Source of the DNA: Haplodiscus bocki
Taxonomy: Eukaryota
Direction: 5' to 3'
Assembly: GCA_965655095.1 (NCBI GenBank)
Contig: OZ296652.1
Span: 42,594,001-42,658,000, forward strand
Length of the DNA stretch: 64,000 nucleotides
Position 1 is the first letter of the stretch; each line of letters begins with the position of its first letter. This document shows positions 40,201 to 53,871 of the stretch, piece by piece. Position numbers and translations under genes: made by a program. The notes under the pieces were generated by a model. The model was not told the origin of the DNA. It saw only the letters and a program-made list of their open reading frames with translations, and did no database searches.

Positions 40201-43200
40201 TCCTATGGATGTAGTTTACAATGGTGAAAACTGTTTGCCGATATCTTTTTTCATGTTTGAGAAATAAGCAAGCAAACATTGGGGAACACTAAAAAAACAT
40301 GTCTATTTTTGAGCAGCGAGAGCGTAAATATGCTAATACGTGGGGTGGTGGCGGCCGTGCGCGTGGTCAAAATTCACTCCAAAAGCACTCCTTTTGTATT
40401 CTTTTTGTATTCATAACACTTTATTTCCACTCCGCTTTCACTTTTATGCGCTTCTAAAGTTGCAACTGAACTGTGAAATCACAATTTTACCATTTTTCGG
40501 ACCGTAATAATTTTCGTTTTATTTTTTCGACAACTTTTAATTTTCAGAATGCGGTGAAAATCACCCAAATTGTTCGTCTTGGAATGTAATTTTCATTGGT
40601 GAAAACCGTTTTGCTCTATCTATAATAGTGTTCGAGAAAATGGACGTCAAATTTGGGGTTCGAAATAGACCTACTTTTAAAATTTAGGCTGCTGTTGCTT
40701 TGCTATGTTAATACACGTAACAAGGTCGTTCCAAAATAACTAATACTTGCTCCATGGCTTGTGCACATTCCAACGTAGTGCTTATTCAGTTCAATATTCA
40801 CTTTTCACGTATCATTCTCACTGCTAAATTTCACTCATTTCAATAATTAATTGCGTCTATCATATATGTCCTAAATATAAAATGAGCACATCATTACACG
40901 CGATAATTAATGTAATTTTTGGCAATGTATACTTTTTATAGTTATTTTTAATATTCTTGGTCGAAAACTGCGATTTTCTGAAAGTAGTCAAAATTCCATA
41001 TCCGAAAAATCGATTTTTGGTCAATTTGAGGTCGTTTTTCTCAACGTATAATTTTTTCCCAGGGCGGGAGTGGTATTTTCCTGTTAGCACACTCAAGTAA
41101 AAGTATTTTAACGAAATATGAGCTCTCTAGCTGGTCTCAAAAAAAGATATTCAATTTTCCGCAAAAGTACCGATTTTGGCCATTTTTGACTACCTGGGTC
41201 CACCTTCAAAGTCGATTTTCTCAACGTACAGGCAAAATTTCGAAAAATCTTTGGTCAGTTTCCTGGGGGAGGTTGTTAGAAACATTGTGTTAAATTTTCA
41301 GCTTTCTATCTTCAAAAAGGTGCGGGGGGGGTAGCCGTTTTGCAAGTCGACAATTTCCAAAATCCGTGATTTTAGCTAGTTGCAATTTTGTGGGGCGGCC
41401 ATTTGTAGCTTGCTGCGCTTGTTCTATTGTTCTTTTCCTTTCTTCCTAATATTAAGCTTTCAATCGCTGTTATTGTGGTCGATTTTTATTGGACATTCGT
41501 TAACTAATAAGCGAAAAACTTCGATTTTTGACGATTTTAGGCTATTTTGGGCGTTTTTTGGCGATTTCTTACTCAGTTCTCCAAAATGGCTGCTTATAAT
41601 CAATTCATCTTTTCAGGTACATTAGTCCATTCACATATCTTCCGTTTAAGACAAACGTGAACTTTTTCTGATGCGTGGTTCGCTCAGAATAAATTTTTAA
41701 CTGAAGTCAATTTGGCATTTTCTGGAGTGCACTTTCTGTGTGCTACAATTTTTCAATATCCTAAATTCGTCCGATTTTGCTCATATTCCAAACTTAAGTT
41801 TTCCTATGGATGTAGTTTACAATGGTGAAAACTGTTTGCCGATATCTTTTTTCATGTTTGAGAAATAAGCAAGCAAACATTGGGGAACACTAAAAAAACA
41901 TGTCTATTTTTGAGCAGCGAGAGCGTAAATATGCTAATACGTGGGGTGGTGGCGGCCGTGCGCGTGGTCAAAATTCACTCCAAAAGCACTCCTTTTGTAT
42001 TCTTTTTGTATTCATAACACTTTATTTCCACTCCGCTTTCACTTTTACGCGCTTCTAAAGTTGCAACTGAACTGTGAAATCACAATTTTACCATTTTTCG
42101 GACCGTAATAATTTTCGTTTTATTTTTTCGACAACTTTTAATTTTCAGAATGCGGTGAAAATCACCCAAATTGTTCGTCTTGGAATGTAATTTTCATTGG
42201 TGAAAACCGTTTTGCTCTATCTATAATAGTGTTCGAGAAAATGGACGTCAAATTTGGGGTTCGAAATAGACCTACTTTTAAAATTTAGGCTGCTGTTGCT
42301 TTGCTATGTTAATACACGTAACAAGGTCGTTCCAAAATAACTAATACTTGCTCCATGGCTTGTGCACATTCCAACGTAGTGCTTATTCAGTTCAATATTC
42401 ACTTTTCACGTATCATTCTCACTGCTAAATTTCACTCATTTCAATAATTAATTGCGTCTATCATATATGTCCTAAATATAAAATGAGCACATCATTACAC
42501 GCGATAATTAATGTAATTTTTGGCAATGTATACTTTTTATAGTTATTTTTAATATTCTTGGTCGAAAACTGCGATTTTCTGAAAGTAGTCAAAATTCCAT
42601 ATCCGAAAAATCGATTTTTGGTCAATTTGAGGTCATTTTTCTCAACGTATAATTTTTTCCCAGGGCGGGAGTGGTATTTTCCTGTTAGCACACTCAAGTA
42701 AAAGTATTTTAACGAAATATGAGCTCTCTAGCTGGTCTCAAAAAAAGATATTCAATTTTCCGCAAAAGTACCGATTTTGGCCATTTTTGACTACCTGGGT
42801 CCACCTTCAAAGTCGATTTTCTCAACGTACAGGCAAAATTTCGAAAAATCTTTGGTCAGTTTCCTGGGGGAGGTTGTTAGAAACATTGTGTTAAATTTTC
42901 AGCTTTCTATCTTCAAAAAGGTGCGGGGGGGTAGCCGTTTTGCAAGTCGACAATTTCCAAAATCCGTGATTTTAGCTAGTTGCAATTTTGTGGGGCGGCC
43001 ATTTGTAGCTTGCTGCGCTTGTTCTATTGTTATTTTCCATTCTTCCTAATAATAAGCTTTCAATCGCTGTTATTGTGGTCGATTTTTATTGGACATTCGT
43101 TAACTAATAAGCGAAAAACTTCGATTTTTGACAATTTTAGGCTATTTTGGGCGTTTTTTGGCGATTTCTTACTCAGTTCTCCAAAATGGCTGAATATAAT

Positions 43201-44043
43201 CAATTCATCTTTTCTGGGACATTTGTCCATTCAAATATCTTCCGTTTAAGACTAATATGAGCTTTTTCTGATGCGAGGTTCGCTCAGAATGAATTTTTAC
43301 TGAAGTCACTTTGGCAATTTATGGAATGCACTTTCTGTTTGCTACCATTTTTCAATAATTTCAATTCGTCCGATTTTGCTCATATTCCAAACTTAAGTTT
43401 TCCTATGGATGTAATTTACAATGGTGAAAACTGTTTGCCGATATCTTTTTTCATCTTTGGGAAATAAGCAAGCAAACATTGGGGAACACTAAAAAAAACA
43501 GGTCTAATTTTGAGCAGCGAGAGCGTAAATATGCTAATACGTGGGGGTGGTGGCGGCCGTGCGCGTGGTCAAAATTCACTCCAAAAGCACTCCTATTGTA
43601 TTCTTTTTGTATTCATAACACTTTGTTTCCACTCCGCTTTCACTTTTATGCGCTTCTAAAGTTGCAACTGAACTGTGAAATCACAATTTTACCATTTTCC
43701 GGACCGTAATAATTTTCGTTTTATTTTTCGACAACTTTTAATTTTCAGAATGCGGTGAAAATCACCCAACTTGTTCGTCTTGGAATGTAGTTTTCATTGG
43801 TGAAAATCGTTTTGCTCTATGTATAATAGTCTTCGAGAAAATGGACGTCAAATTTGGGGTTCGAATTAGACGAACTTTTAAAATTTAGGCTGCTGTTGCT
43901 TTGCTATGTTAATACACGTGACAAGGTCGTTCCAAAATAACTAATACTTGCTCCGCGGCTTGTGCACATTCCAACGTAGTGCCTATTCAGTTCAATATTC
44001 ACTTTTCACGTATCATTCTCACTGCTAAATTTCACTCGATTCA
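31232..44043. repeat. Macrosatellite: 8 head-to-tail units of 1599-1603 bp, non-coding
   Basis: Unit starts (aattcaataattaattgcgtctatc) at 31232, 32835, 34437, 36037, 37636, 39236, 40837, 42438; near-identical units; only short ORFs with variable frameshifts. Confidence 0.98.
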
Positions 44044-46049
44044 CGTGCACTGACACAGCAAATTTCAATATTGCAAAAATGGCAAATATGATTGACTTAT
44101 TTCCTAATTTCTGACCATCAACCTGTTTTCAGCTATTAAATACGTAACTTTAAATCGCAAATGGAAGGTGGATAATATAGATCAAGGTTAAAACATTATT
44201 AAAACAAAAAAAGTGTGTACTACAAATCCCACATCAGTCTATTGCAATTGACTTGAAATCATGCCGCAGGCTAACTATTATGCACAGACATTCGCATTAC
44301 ACTATCTTTTGCGGCCGAACTAAGAATTCAATGTTCTCAATCCAGAAAGGTTCACGGCATCTTAGCAGTTGTTCAGATATCAACGAGCTCGCTGAAAGTT
44401 TTTCAGTGCTTGGTGTGCTTTTATTCGTGTACGTGAAAACAGTAACTTATGTAAATATGACAATCCAAAACATTTACAACGGTCAAACTTCGGTAGCATG
44501 TCATTTTTCCCTGGTACGGAAGCATTTTGATCGTGCAACTGCTCAATGATAGTGCTTTCTAAAAGATTATCAGAGCCAGTATATTAAAAACATTATGTCT
44601 CTCATCTACCTAAAATTGTCCTTTTTATTTTGCGACTGAACCTTTGTCTGCTTTTACCTTTTCTAATATACCGTGGCATTCTGCAGCCCCAAATTATTGA
44701 CGTGCAGAAAGACAATGACGTTACGAGGATAACGGGTCTGAACAATAGACGCACTATTCTAACGTACAAGCTTGTGAAAAAAAATTTCAGAAACAAATGT
44801 ATGCATCTGACAATTGCTCTGCGGTTGGATTTTGAACTTAGTGGTCGTCGCTCGTTTGAAATGATGATTGGAAAACAAAGTCGACCTGCAGCAGAAGGCT
44901 TTGATAACTCAACAACAAAACAACAACAAAAACAACAGCAGAAATTCAAAAGAGGAATTCGTGTGGCTTATTGAAAGCCATTATGTTAGAAAGAACTATA
45001 CAGCCATCTCATTTTCCGCCCTATTTTTGCAAAGGCGACGGACAGTACAGTGGTGGACAGTCGGGGAAAACACAGAGTGACGCATGATTGAGGGAGAAAC
45101 CGGAGCATCACGAAAGTTTTGGTTTTTTGGAAGAAACCATTAGAAAATGTAGAGGGTAGCCATAAAATGCCCAGTAGTTTCGCGAAAAGGTGGATACTAG
45201 ATTGACCAAAAATCGGAGGATTAACAAAGTTTCTGTTAGAAAAGCTATGAATATACCCTAGTGGGACGTACAGATAGAACATGCAAAATGCATGCATGTA
45301 TGCAGCCAAATACTTTATAAAACATGGAAAATTCAGACATCTAGCATACATGTATTTCGAATGTTTACACTGCAGCAGCAAAAGTTTGTTCAAGATGTCA
45401 AGGTAAAATAGAAAACGTAAATGTTCTCGCACCTCTATTGACTCAATCACTACCGCTTCAGACCTGCTCATTTTGCTATTTCCTTGACGCTATGACCGAT
45501 AAACTATTATTTGCTTAAAATTGACTCGGCGTGGGTACTCATGAACTTAATCTGTATTATTTCTATCGTAAGGTTCGGCCAAAATGTAAGTTTGTCTATC
45601 ACTTGTAAAATTATTCAGGCTGCATCCAAAAACATGCAAAATTTTATTTATTTTTCGTCAGCCAAATTTTGAAAGCAAACTACAAAACCCCGCTTAATTT
45701 TATGAAATTCTTTGAAGAAACTTGAAAGACATTGTCGCAGTATATCCGCGAAGCCTACGGGCACACAGAAAGGAAAAGACATCCCCAGATTGCCTGAAAA
45801 TTAGACGAAACTGTATCAATACTTTAGACTTTTCTAATTCCATTCATATAATAATATTGCAGTAATATATCATTGATTTTACATGCAGTTGATACGTATC
45901 AAATACGTATTATTCCCCAGTAAAGGTTCTTGTAAATTGTACGTATTTTATACGTAGCACTTCCGTGTATTGGACCAGATTGGGACGGAACTTTAAGGTA
46001 ACGAACACGTACCTACCTAGTAGCTACTCTAGGTTATGAATGAATATTT

Positions 46050-47271
46050 TGTTACGTACGCGTTACGTCGCTATCGATCTGGTGACGTCACAAAACCTTC
46101 AACCAATCCGCTGTGTTTTTATGCTGTGTCAATTTGGACGAACACGGAACGTCTACGTGGCCATCAGAATCATTCTCCTCAGTAGTACTGCGGAGAGCAG
46201 TGCTACAAGCGGCTACGTAGTCGCCACTGAACGCTCCGGCCAAAGTGAGGCGTGAGTTAGTAAAAACGTGGAACGGATTAGGAAAAAGCCTAGTTTCGTT
46301 CCGAAAGTGGATTAAATCGATGCAATAGTATTACCAAGCCTGTAACTATGATTTTCTATGATTATTTTAGTATATTTTACTTAATTTTGGTGCTTTTTTA
46401 AATACTTTCCTCTTATGGAAAATCTTTCTGATCATTTGTTTATGTATTGTATCGGCGCGGGAATAAGCACTTTGATATCCATTTCCGACTGATCAGACCC
46501 GTAAATTTTCCGTCGAAATATGGAAAAGACTCGGTCTGTAAAGGAAGAAAAGTAGGGAAAATTGTTTATTTCCCGCCAGAGTCGGCATATCTCCTTTGTA
46601 ATTATTATGATTAAAGTACTTTTCCCTACTTTGTACATTTACTTGGCGTGTAAACAATTATGTCTCCCGCCAAGGAAAAGGTATAAATAGGAGAAATGAA
46701 AGTACTAAAGGGAGAGATACCTTAATATCACTTTGATTATCAGTTGACTGTACTGATTGCGACTAGTTGTTTATTTTAAAGAATAACATTTTTGTTATAA
46801 TCTCAACTTGATTAACAAATAAAAACTAATTCAGTCTTCATAACTGCGTAGCATTTTCCCTTCAAAAAAAGGCAACGTTGAGAAACCAACGAAAGTTGGC
46901 AGCCGTTACACGAGAAACACAAGAGGAACATCCTAGGAACGGCCAGTCACGAATTACGTCCGTTCCTAGAATTAACGAGGAATATATCACACAAGTTTCT
47001 GAGGAGATTGAAGGCAGAGTCACTAAAAAACTGTCCCAGGAGTACAGCAGGACAGAGTCCCGCATTTTGGCTGCTCTGTCTAAATTAGACGAGTTTCTTC
47101 TGAACCAACAGATACGGACGCACTCCGGAACCGTTCTGGAAACATTCCGAAACACAAACGTGGATAACCAGGGAACGAATGAAGCCGACTCCCAGAGTGA
47201 TCCTCATCCTGAAGCAGGCCTCTTCCGCAGCCAGACTACACAAAACTCTGGCCCAGAAGTTGGTCCTTACA
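46050..47271 (+). mobile_element. Probable solo LTR (TGT...ACA, ~1.22 kb) containing a gag-like N-terminal ORF
   Basis: Starts tgttacg and ends ccttaca; ORF 46878-47271 (RNQRKLAAVTRE...EYITQVSEEIEGRVTKKLSQEYSRTESRIL); second copy at 10825-11630; no clear TSD. Confidence 0.65.
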
Positions 47272-47429
47272 GACATCACAGCAGCAGACAACATTTAGGC
47301 ATCGAAAATTTTATATGAATCATCCAAAATCATTCAAAAAGTGTTCGGTAACATATGAAATCTTACAAAATTTTAATGTTTTTCAGCCAGGGTACTGCCG
47401 GATGATCAAAGTGGAAATAGGGCATCGGT

Positions 47430-48040
47430 AGAATTTCGGTATTTTCGAATGAACCGTTCGAAAATGAAAAAATAGGCCAGAATGAATGCGTGGTAATTTG
47501 GCAAAAGTGACGGTAACAGAGTGGTGTACATTCGAAGCATTAGCAGATATGCAGATAGAACAGGTGTAAATAGGGTTGTGGATAACGACTGATAAGGGGG
47601 AATTAGGAAATTTTGTATTTTTGCGAGCAAATCATTAGAGAACGTGAAGGAAAGCAAATAGCATGCATGGCAAATTGGCAAAAGTAGTGGATATCACACT
47701 GACCGACAATGGAGTGATACGCGGCATTGTTAGAGAAGTTTCGGCGTGCTAGGTAAAACCAACTTTTTGAAAATGTAAAAGGAAGCCAAAAACAATGCCT
47801 GGCAAGTTGGCTAAAAAGCAGACTTTAGAGTGGCAAATATTTGAATTATTCGAGAAACTAACCAAGTCTCCGATATATGAGGGATAAATAAAACGGCGGG
47901 AAAACGAAGGATTATGGGGTTATCATGAAAATTTGGTTGTATTTTTGAGAAAACAATATGAAAACGCGGAGGGAATCCAAAAAGCATGCGTGGTAAGTTG
48001 GCAAAAGGGTGCACTAATGAATTGGCGGCTGATTGAGAGG
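47430..48040. repeat. Old degenerate tandem repeat (~130-190 bp, ~4 copies) with another copy at ~45110-45220
   Basis: Recurrent gaa(a)tttyggt...gaaaatg...atgcgtggyaagttggcaaaa pattern. Confidence 0.55.
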
Positions 48041-51000
48041 ATGAATGTGAAGTATGACGAAATGTTTGCTATATACATAGAAAGTATCACAGAAACATTC
48101 ACTGTACGCATCTCGAAAAATTTATAACCTATGAAACCCTCTGGAGTTTACTACGTTCACTTACTTTTTTCCTAAAAAAAATACCCTGAATAATGCCTCA
48201 CATTTCTCCAGTTTTTCAATTTTTAGGCAGCATTTATTTCAACTGTTTTTAAGGTTTTGCTCTTACTTTTCAATGTGATAGCTACACTTGGCACTTTGAG
48301 TAACGAGCCAGGTGGAATAAAACTTGAAGAATTTTTCCGAAATATTCGAAATGTTGTCAAAAAATGCCTTTCGTTCAGAGTTTTCATGACTTTAACATCT
48401 TTTTTTTTGAAAATTTTACAGCAATAAGAAATCTCATAAGGTACCTTAAGAAGGCAATGCAGTGGTTTTCCACACATAATACCAAAAAAATCGGTCAAGA
48501 TTTTTTTTTCGTTTGAAAAAGTTCCGCTTCATTTCGTACACGCTTTTCAAAATTTCACTGCACAGTGATGAAAAGTTGGACAGATATGTGGTACCTTCGA
48601 TCCACGAAGCAACTTTTAAAACCAATCCTCAGGTTCTGTTAGATTTTGGAAATACTGCGGTGTTGTTTATTTCGACCATTCCTGAAGAAAGTTTCCAAAA
48701 ATATTGTTTCGAAGAGCAATTGACAACTACGACCCACATCGTTAGGGTGCAATTGGACAACTTCTGTCACAAGGGGAAGCGTTCGTAAGATGTAAAAACT
48801 GTGTTTGGTATGCCACGGAGCATGTGAATACAAAATCGTATTCTTCGGTAGGCTTTCGTGTAATTCACAATTGAAAAGATCTTTCAACTTTTTGCTTTTC
48901 GGCCTTGTCTGTTTTGTCATTCTCAAGCGATTCAGTTAACGGAAAGATACTACAACGGAGTCTCGACCGCCAAGTGAGTAAATCTTTATTTGAAAGTTTT
49001 CAGTTTAACATGGCTGAGCAAGCTAATTCTTGACCTTATTTTTGTTTTGTCTTTCGCTTTTGGCAAGTCGTTCAACTTTTTTTTCATCTAACAAGAGAAG
49101 AAACAAGAGGCGCAGCAGTGCTTCGATAATCTCTTTCTCAACCCATGTGCAAAGATGAATGATAAAAACTGTAAGAAAAACGAACAAAGAAAGATTTGAC
49201 CAACAATGATTTTGAATATTGAGCAAAATCAATCATAAATGCACTCTTTGCCATATTCGGCCTATCAGGTTTTCAAATACAAAAGAAAACTTTAATAATT
49301 ATTCAAAAGCCTTGCAAGTAAATGTTTTTTGACTGAGAGCTCAAAGAAACAAGTCAAACCGGTACTTTTTGAATTAACTGAGTTTGGGTATAGAGAAAAA
49401 CGATGACTATTTTCAATTTTTGGCACATTCGAGAAATGAGGATTTTGATCCATGGAACAAAAACGAGTAAATTACTTAGGACAGGTCGTTCAAAGGTAGA
49501 TAATCGTCTATGGAGACCTCGACGGAAGAAAGCGAACCAGTAGTTTTGGATTAGGGTGAGTTTAAATATCGAGATTCATCACTACTTTTGACAATAATGG
49601 CATGTTCGACAACAATACAAGGAAATGCGTAGATGTAACTTTAAAATTCTCCGTGCAGGTAAAATTTTGCCAATTGAGACCCTCACGAATGAAATGCAAC
49701 TGAAAACCTTGGGGTGAATTGAATTTGAAATTCGAGGAAACCCAAAACCACGTTGGTTTATTCATCTTATTAGGCCTATCAGACTTTTTCACGCAGATAG
49801 AAACTACACGCAGTTTTTTTGAAAAGCTTTTTTAAAGTACATACTTGTAAAATGAAAAACTTGATTAGGAAGTCACATTGGTATTTCTAAAGTTTTGTAT
49901 TCTTATCCTAAGTTTTAATATCAAACAATAGGTGAGTTTTATTATCGGGAGAACATCTTTATTTCTTTCACTTTTCAATATATTGAGCCTATTAACTTTC
50001 AAAATATGGTATAAAAGGAAAAAAGGCAGATTAAACATTCTTGACCGAAACTTTAATTGAAGAAAACCAGCAGGTAATTTTTGAGAGAAACCAATTTGAA
50101 TATTGATAACCCTCAAAAATACTTGCACTTTTTGTCATTCTATAAGAGCAGAGTTTCTGCAACAAAATGTTCCAATCTAAATTTTCACCAGTTGACTTTG
50201 ATTGTGTTTTTGAGATGAGAAAAAGGGAGATGCTGATGACTCATTTCTTTTATTTTAAAGAACAGCAGATTTTCGAATCGAAAGTTATCTCTTTGGGAAA
50301 ACTAACTACTTTTTGGCAAAGTGGAAAACTTATAGACAGTTGATAAATTTGCCGATTTTTTTCAGGAACGACATCTTGCAGTTTTTTCGCAGAGAAGTTT
50401 TAATTCATGAAAACAACTTCCTCATTTTTACAATTCAATGAAAAAACCTTGAACCTCGCTATGCGAAATGACAAAGTTTCAACATTTGCACAACTTTCTG
50501 AGAAAAGATTTAAAACATATATCATTACATTCCATTTTTCTTCGCGGAAGTTTTCAACATGGAAAAGTGTTCCAAAACATCAAAAAAAAATCGAAAATGG
50601 TTTTTTTTCTTGCGAAAAAACGGTTTCCTTCTCGTGTAGGTGATGATAAAAGGCAATACCCGTTAAAAATTGTCATGTATCAGTGGGGTATGAACTTAAG
50701 TTTTCATAGAGACCGAACGTCAAAGGTTGCTTGTTATTGTCATTGTTATTGACAACTAACTTATAGATCGAAAACCAAAAAGTGCAGTTGGTTTCAAAAA
50801 TCTTCCGCCAAGGTCAAGGTGGCGCAGAAATAAGATATTGAACAAACAATTAGTTATTTTAACGAAGAAACCCATTTTTGAGATTTAAAAGAGTTGTCAA
50901 TGGAGATCTTGATGGAAGAATTCAAGCCAATCTATGGAATAAAACCAAAGATTCTTCACTGTAAGAGTCATGTAGTAGTATGAAAGCGTCAACTCAGAAC

Positions 51001-51767
51001 GTGGTACAAGAAATCAAAGCCGTATTTTTCGAGAAGGATAAGTTGACTTTTCGAGATATGAGAATTAGGAAAGTGAGCAGACCAGATGGGTGTGTAGAGG
51101 GCCCTGCAAGTTTCAGGATAGACTTTATGAGTCCAAGAGCAGAGTGGTGGGCGAAATCGGTGTTCAAGGGATGGAGGACTTTTCTCACGTGCTATGTTAA
51201 AATGTGGCGTCAGAGTATTAAGAAAGGGTTAAAGTGAGGTTTCGGTGGAGTAGAAAAAAAGAACGTTTTAAGACTGGGGTGGTGATCCGAGTATGTTCAG
51301 CGTGTATTAAGGTAGGGTGTGTTAGTAGTACATAGGCGAGCAAGACAGCCAGGGGGTGATGACCCCAATGTTTCAATATAGATGATAAGAAGCAAGAGCT
51401 GAAAAGGTTGTGACCCACTGTATGATGTGTTTTTTTTGGGTGGAGAGAGTAAGGGTTAATCTCGGCTGAGTGGGATTTGGGAAAGACTGTTTCTGCGCTT
51501 TTTTTGGGCAGGGAACGGCCAGACACATATATATCACGGTGTGGAACTAATTAATAAGTCGGCGGGTAGTTGGTACGGCTGCGGTTAAATATTACAGCTG
51601 CAGCAGCTTTTTACATGTGGGATAGTTTAATACACTGCGGTTGCTGCTGTGGCTTAAATCTATGTAAAACACCTTAATTGAAAGCTTTAAAAGTTAATTA
51701 GAGTGTTTAAATATTGACAAACACAATATAAAACTTGCACAATTGGATTGAAAAAATTTTAAAAATA

Positions 51768-52155
51768 CATACGATTTCTGATAATTGAAGGAACATTAAC
51801 ATCGTGAATTCCAGTTTTTTCTTCTTGTCGGAACTTGAAGAGATGAAAGCCTGCATATATTGTGTAGAAGCCACGAACGCTGGGATGGAACTGTAGTGGT
51901 TCGAGGATCAGCTGCTGGTAGTCCTGCTTGGGAAAACTGTACTTCTCACGTCCAGAAAATCAGCAAGAAAACAATTTTCTACGAAAATTCTCAATCATTA
52001 TCCCACGTTCACCCAGCATTTTGCTTGGTTAAAAGTTTATACTGGCAAAAGGTCATTGTTAAGAGTTGGAACTTATTCAGAGTTAAATGAACCAAATTAC
52101 TGTTACTTGAGTAAGGGGATACGATTGATTACTTGTTGGAGAGAAACTTTATCAA
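51768..52155 (-). pseudogene. Adenain-like cysteine protease remnant
   Basis: DKVSLQQVINRIPLLK...GERGIMI (for GEHW)...LQFHPSVRGFYTIY (for Q...CGFY); stops and frameshifts. Confidence 0.8.
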
Positions 52156-53487
52156 TCTAAAGTATTTTTTCCACCAGCGCCAAATTCGTCAAATGCAATC
52201 GAAGGCATTCGCTTACCCAATACAATGAGTTCAGTAACGTATGCTAGTGGAAAAGTATTGTTTGGCTCCAGACCCAAGAGTTCTCCAACTCTTTCTGTAG
52301 TTCTGGGTGATGAGAGTTTTCAGTAGCATCTTGCAGTGATCTCAAATCAAACACTAGTAAGTAGGGGTCTTTGAGACTTTTAGTTGGAAATGAGAGTGCA
52401 TCATCTGGAAAGTGCATTGTCGTAAGGTATACCCGACAAATATGAGCACCATCAAAGTCTACAATAGGCTGACCACCTCTGATTATTCTACTTTGTCTGA
52501 GATCGAACTGTTGATACCAGAATGGATTTCCAGAGGACGATCCAGTGAATACAGAGTTCGTATTTGTTGCAACAGCAACCCGGTGGACTAGGGCATTCTT
52601 GAAAATGTTTTTTTTGGAATAACTAGTTTTGTCAAGTGGGACTGATAAGAGTTTTTGATACATTCTCCAATTAGTTGAGCTCCACGAGAGTATATGGAAG
52701 CATGAACAATCGCTCTTTGTCACAATCATCTATGAGAGCAATACGACGATTGTAAAGTGAACCATCAACTCTTCCAAGACTAACCTTATGGTTGTCGCTA
52801 ATCATGTAAACATTTAGTTTGGCTCGGATTAGTTGTAGCTTGATTTTCATACTTGGATATAGCAATTAAGAGTGGAGAAAAAGTCAACACCCAGTTTACC
52901 CTACAAAAAGAAGCCATCGGGTTTACTGAGCATTTCCTTTCTACTTGTGAAAAAAGGGTTCGAACAATGGCGCGTCTATAATTTCATGAAGAATATCTTC
53001 ATAATCGTAATTTTTGCATTGCAAAGCTCCCTTGTTTTCAGAGATGGCTCTCTTGAAGCCTTGAAGTTGTTGAAAAAGAAAGACATGTGCGCATACAGTA
53101 CTTTTGAATTGTAAATTTGCTGATTGTTGTTGTACACCTCAACGTTGGAAAAAATTGAGGGCAAAATTTTATTCCCATGAGTAGCGAAAGGAACTGGAGC
53201 CTCTTGCTCCTCCTCCTTTTCCTCATCCGCTTTGGTTCTTCATTTTGACCTTTTTCAGTTTCTTTGGTATTGTATATTTCCTAAGCACGACCTTTGAAAA
53301 AATTTTAATTTCACAGGCAAGTACGTCTGTCTCAAATCAAAGTAGTAATTCCGATGTGTTTGAAACTCAAACTCTGTACAATTTTCATCAGGTGGGGTAG
53401 TGGGACAACTTTCAGGTTCATGGGTGACAAGACCTGGTAAGTTTTCAGAAACTGTCCCAAAGTTTGGTACCAAAAATTGTTCGGCAT
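52152..53487 (-). pseudogene. Major capsid protein (double jelly-roll, hexon-like) remnant
   Basis: EFEFQTHRNYYFDLRQTYL, SIFSNVEVYNNNQQI, LYPSMKIKLQLIRA, FTGSSSGNPFWYQQFDL, LLVFDLRS, in the order of Polinton MCP motifs; frameshifted. Confidence 0.88.
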
Positions 53488-53489
53488 GA

Positions 53490-53854
53490 TCAATGAGATA
53501 TGTTTGTAAAATTGTCTCTTTGTGACAGATTGCTTTGTCTGGCAGATTTTTTCAAAATGACTCTACTTGCAGTCCTTCTTTGCTACCACCACCCAATTGT
53601 TTTCTCAGAAATTGTTTTGCGACACTCTTTTCAGCTGTCTGGAAAATTTTCTTACCACCAAAAACATCTGCAATTTCTGGCACGGCAAATTCCTAAAATG
53701 CAGCACCTACACGTTTTGCTGCTGAGACAATTTAGTTTTGCAAAAATGGATGTGCGGTTCCCCAAACAGTTTGTGCAATTGCACCAAATCCCCGTCCACG
53801 TTGTCGGCCAAAATTTCTACAGATTGGAGCCTCTACTTGTCTTGACGCAACCAT
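53490..53854 (-). pseudogene. Small basic core-like protein remnant
   Basis: MVASRQVE...GRQRGRGFGAIAQ; QxGxG motif; position between minor and major capsid genes. Confidence 0.7.
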
Positions 53855-53871
53855 CTTGTAACGACTTTCAG

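Noticed and set aside
31255-43709. Repeated 60-120 aa ORFs in the array as a tandem gene family
   Set aside because: Non-ATG starts, frames change with homopolymer length (G6-G9 tract), overlapping on both strands, no recognisable domain
10825-47271. The two LTR-like copies as ends of one 36-kb element
   Set aside because: Opposite orientation, clearly diverged, and they enclose host exons and an assembly gap
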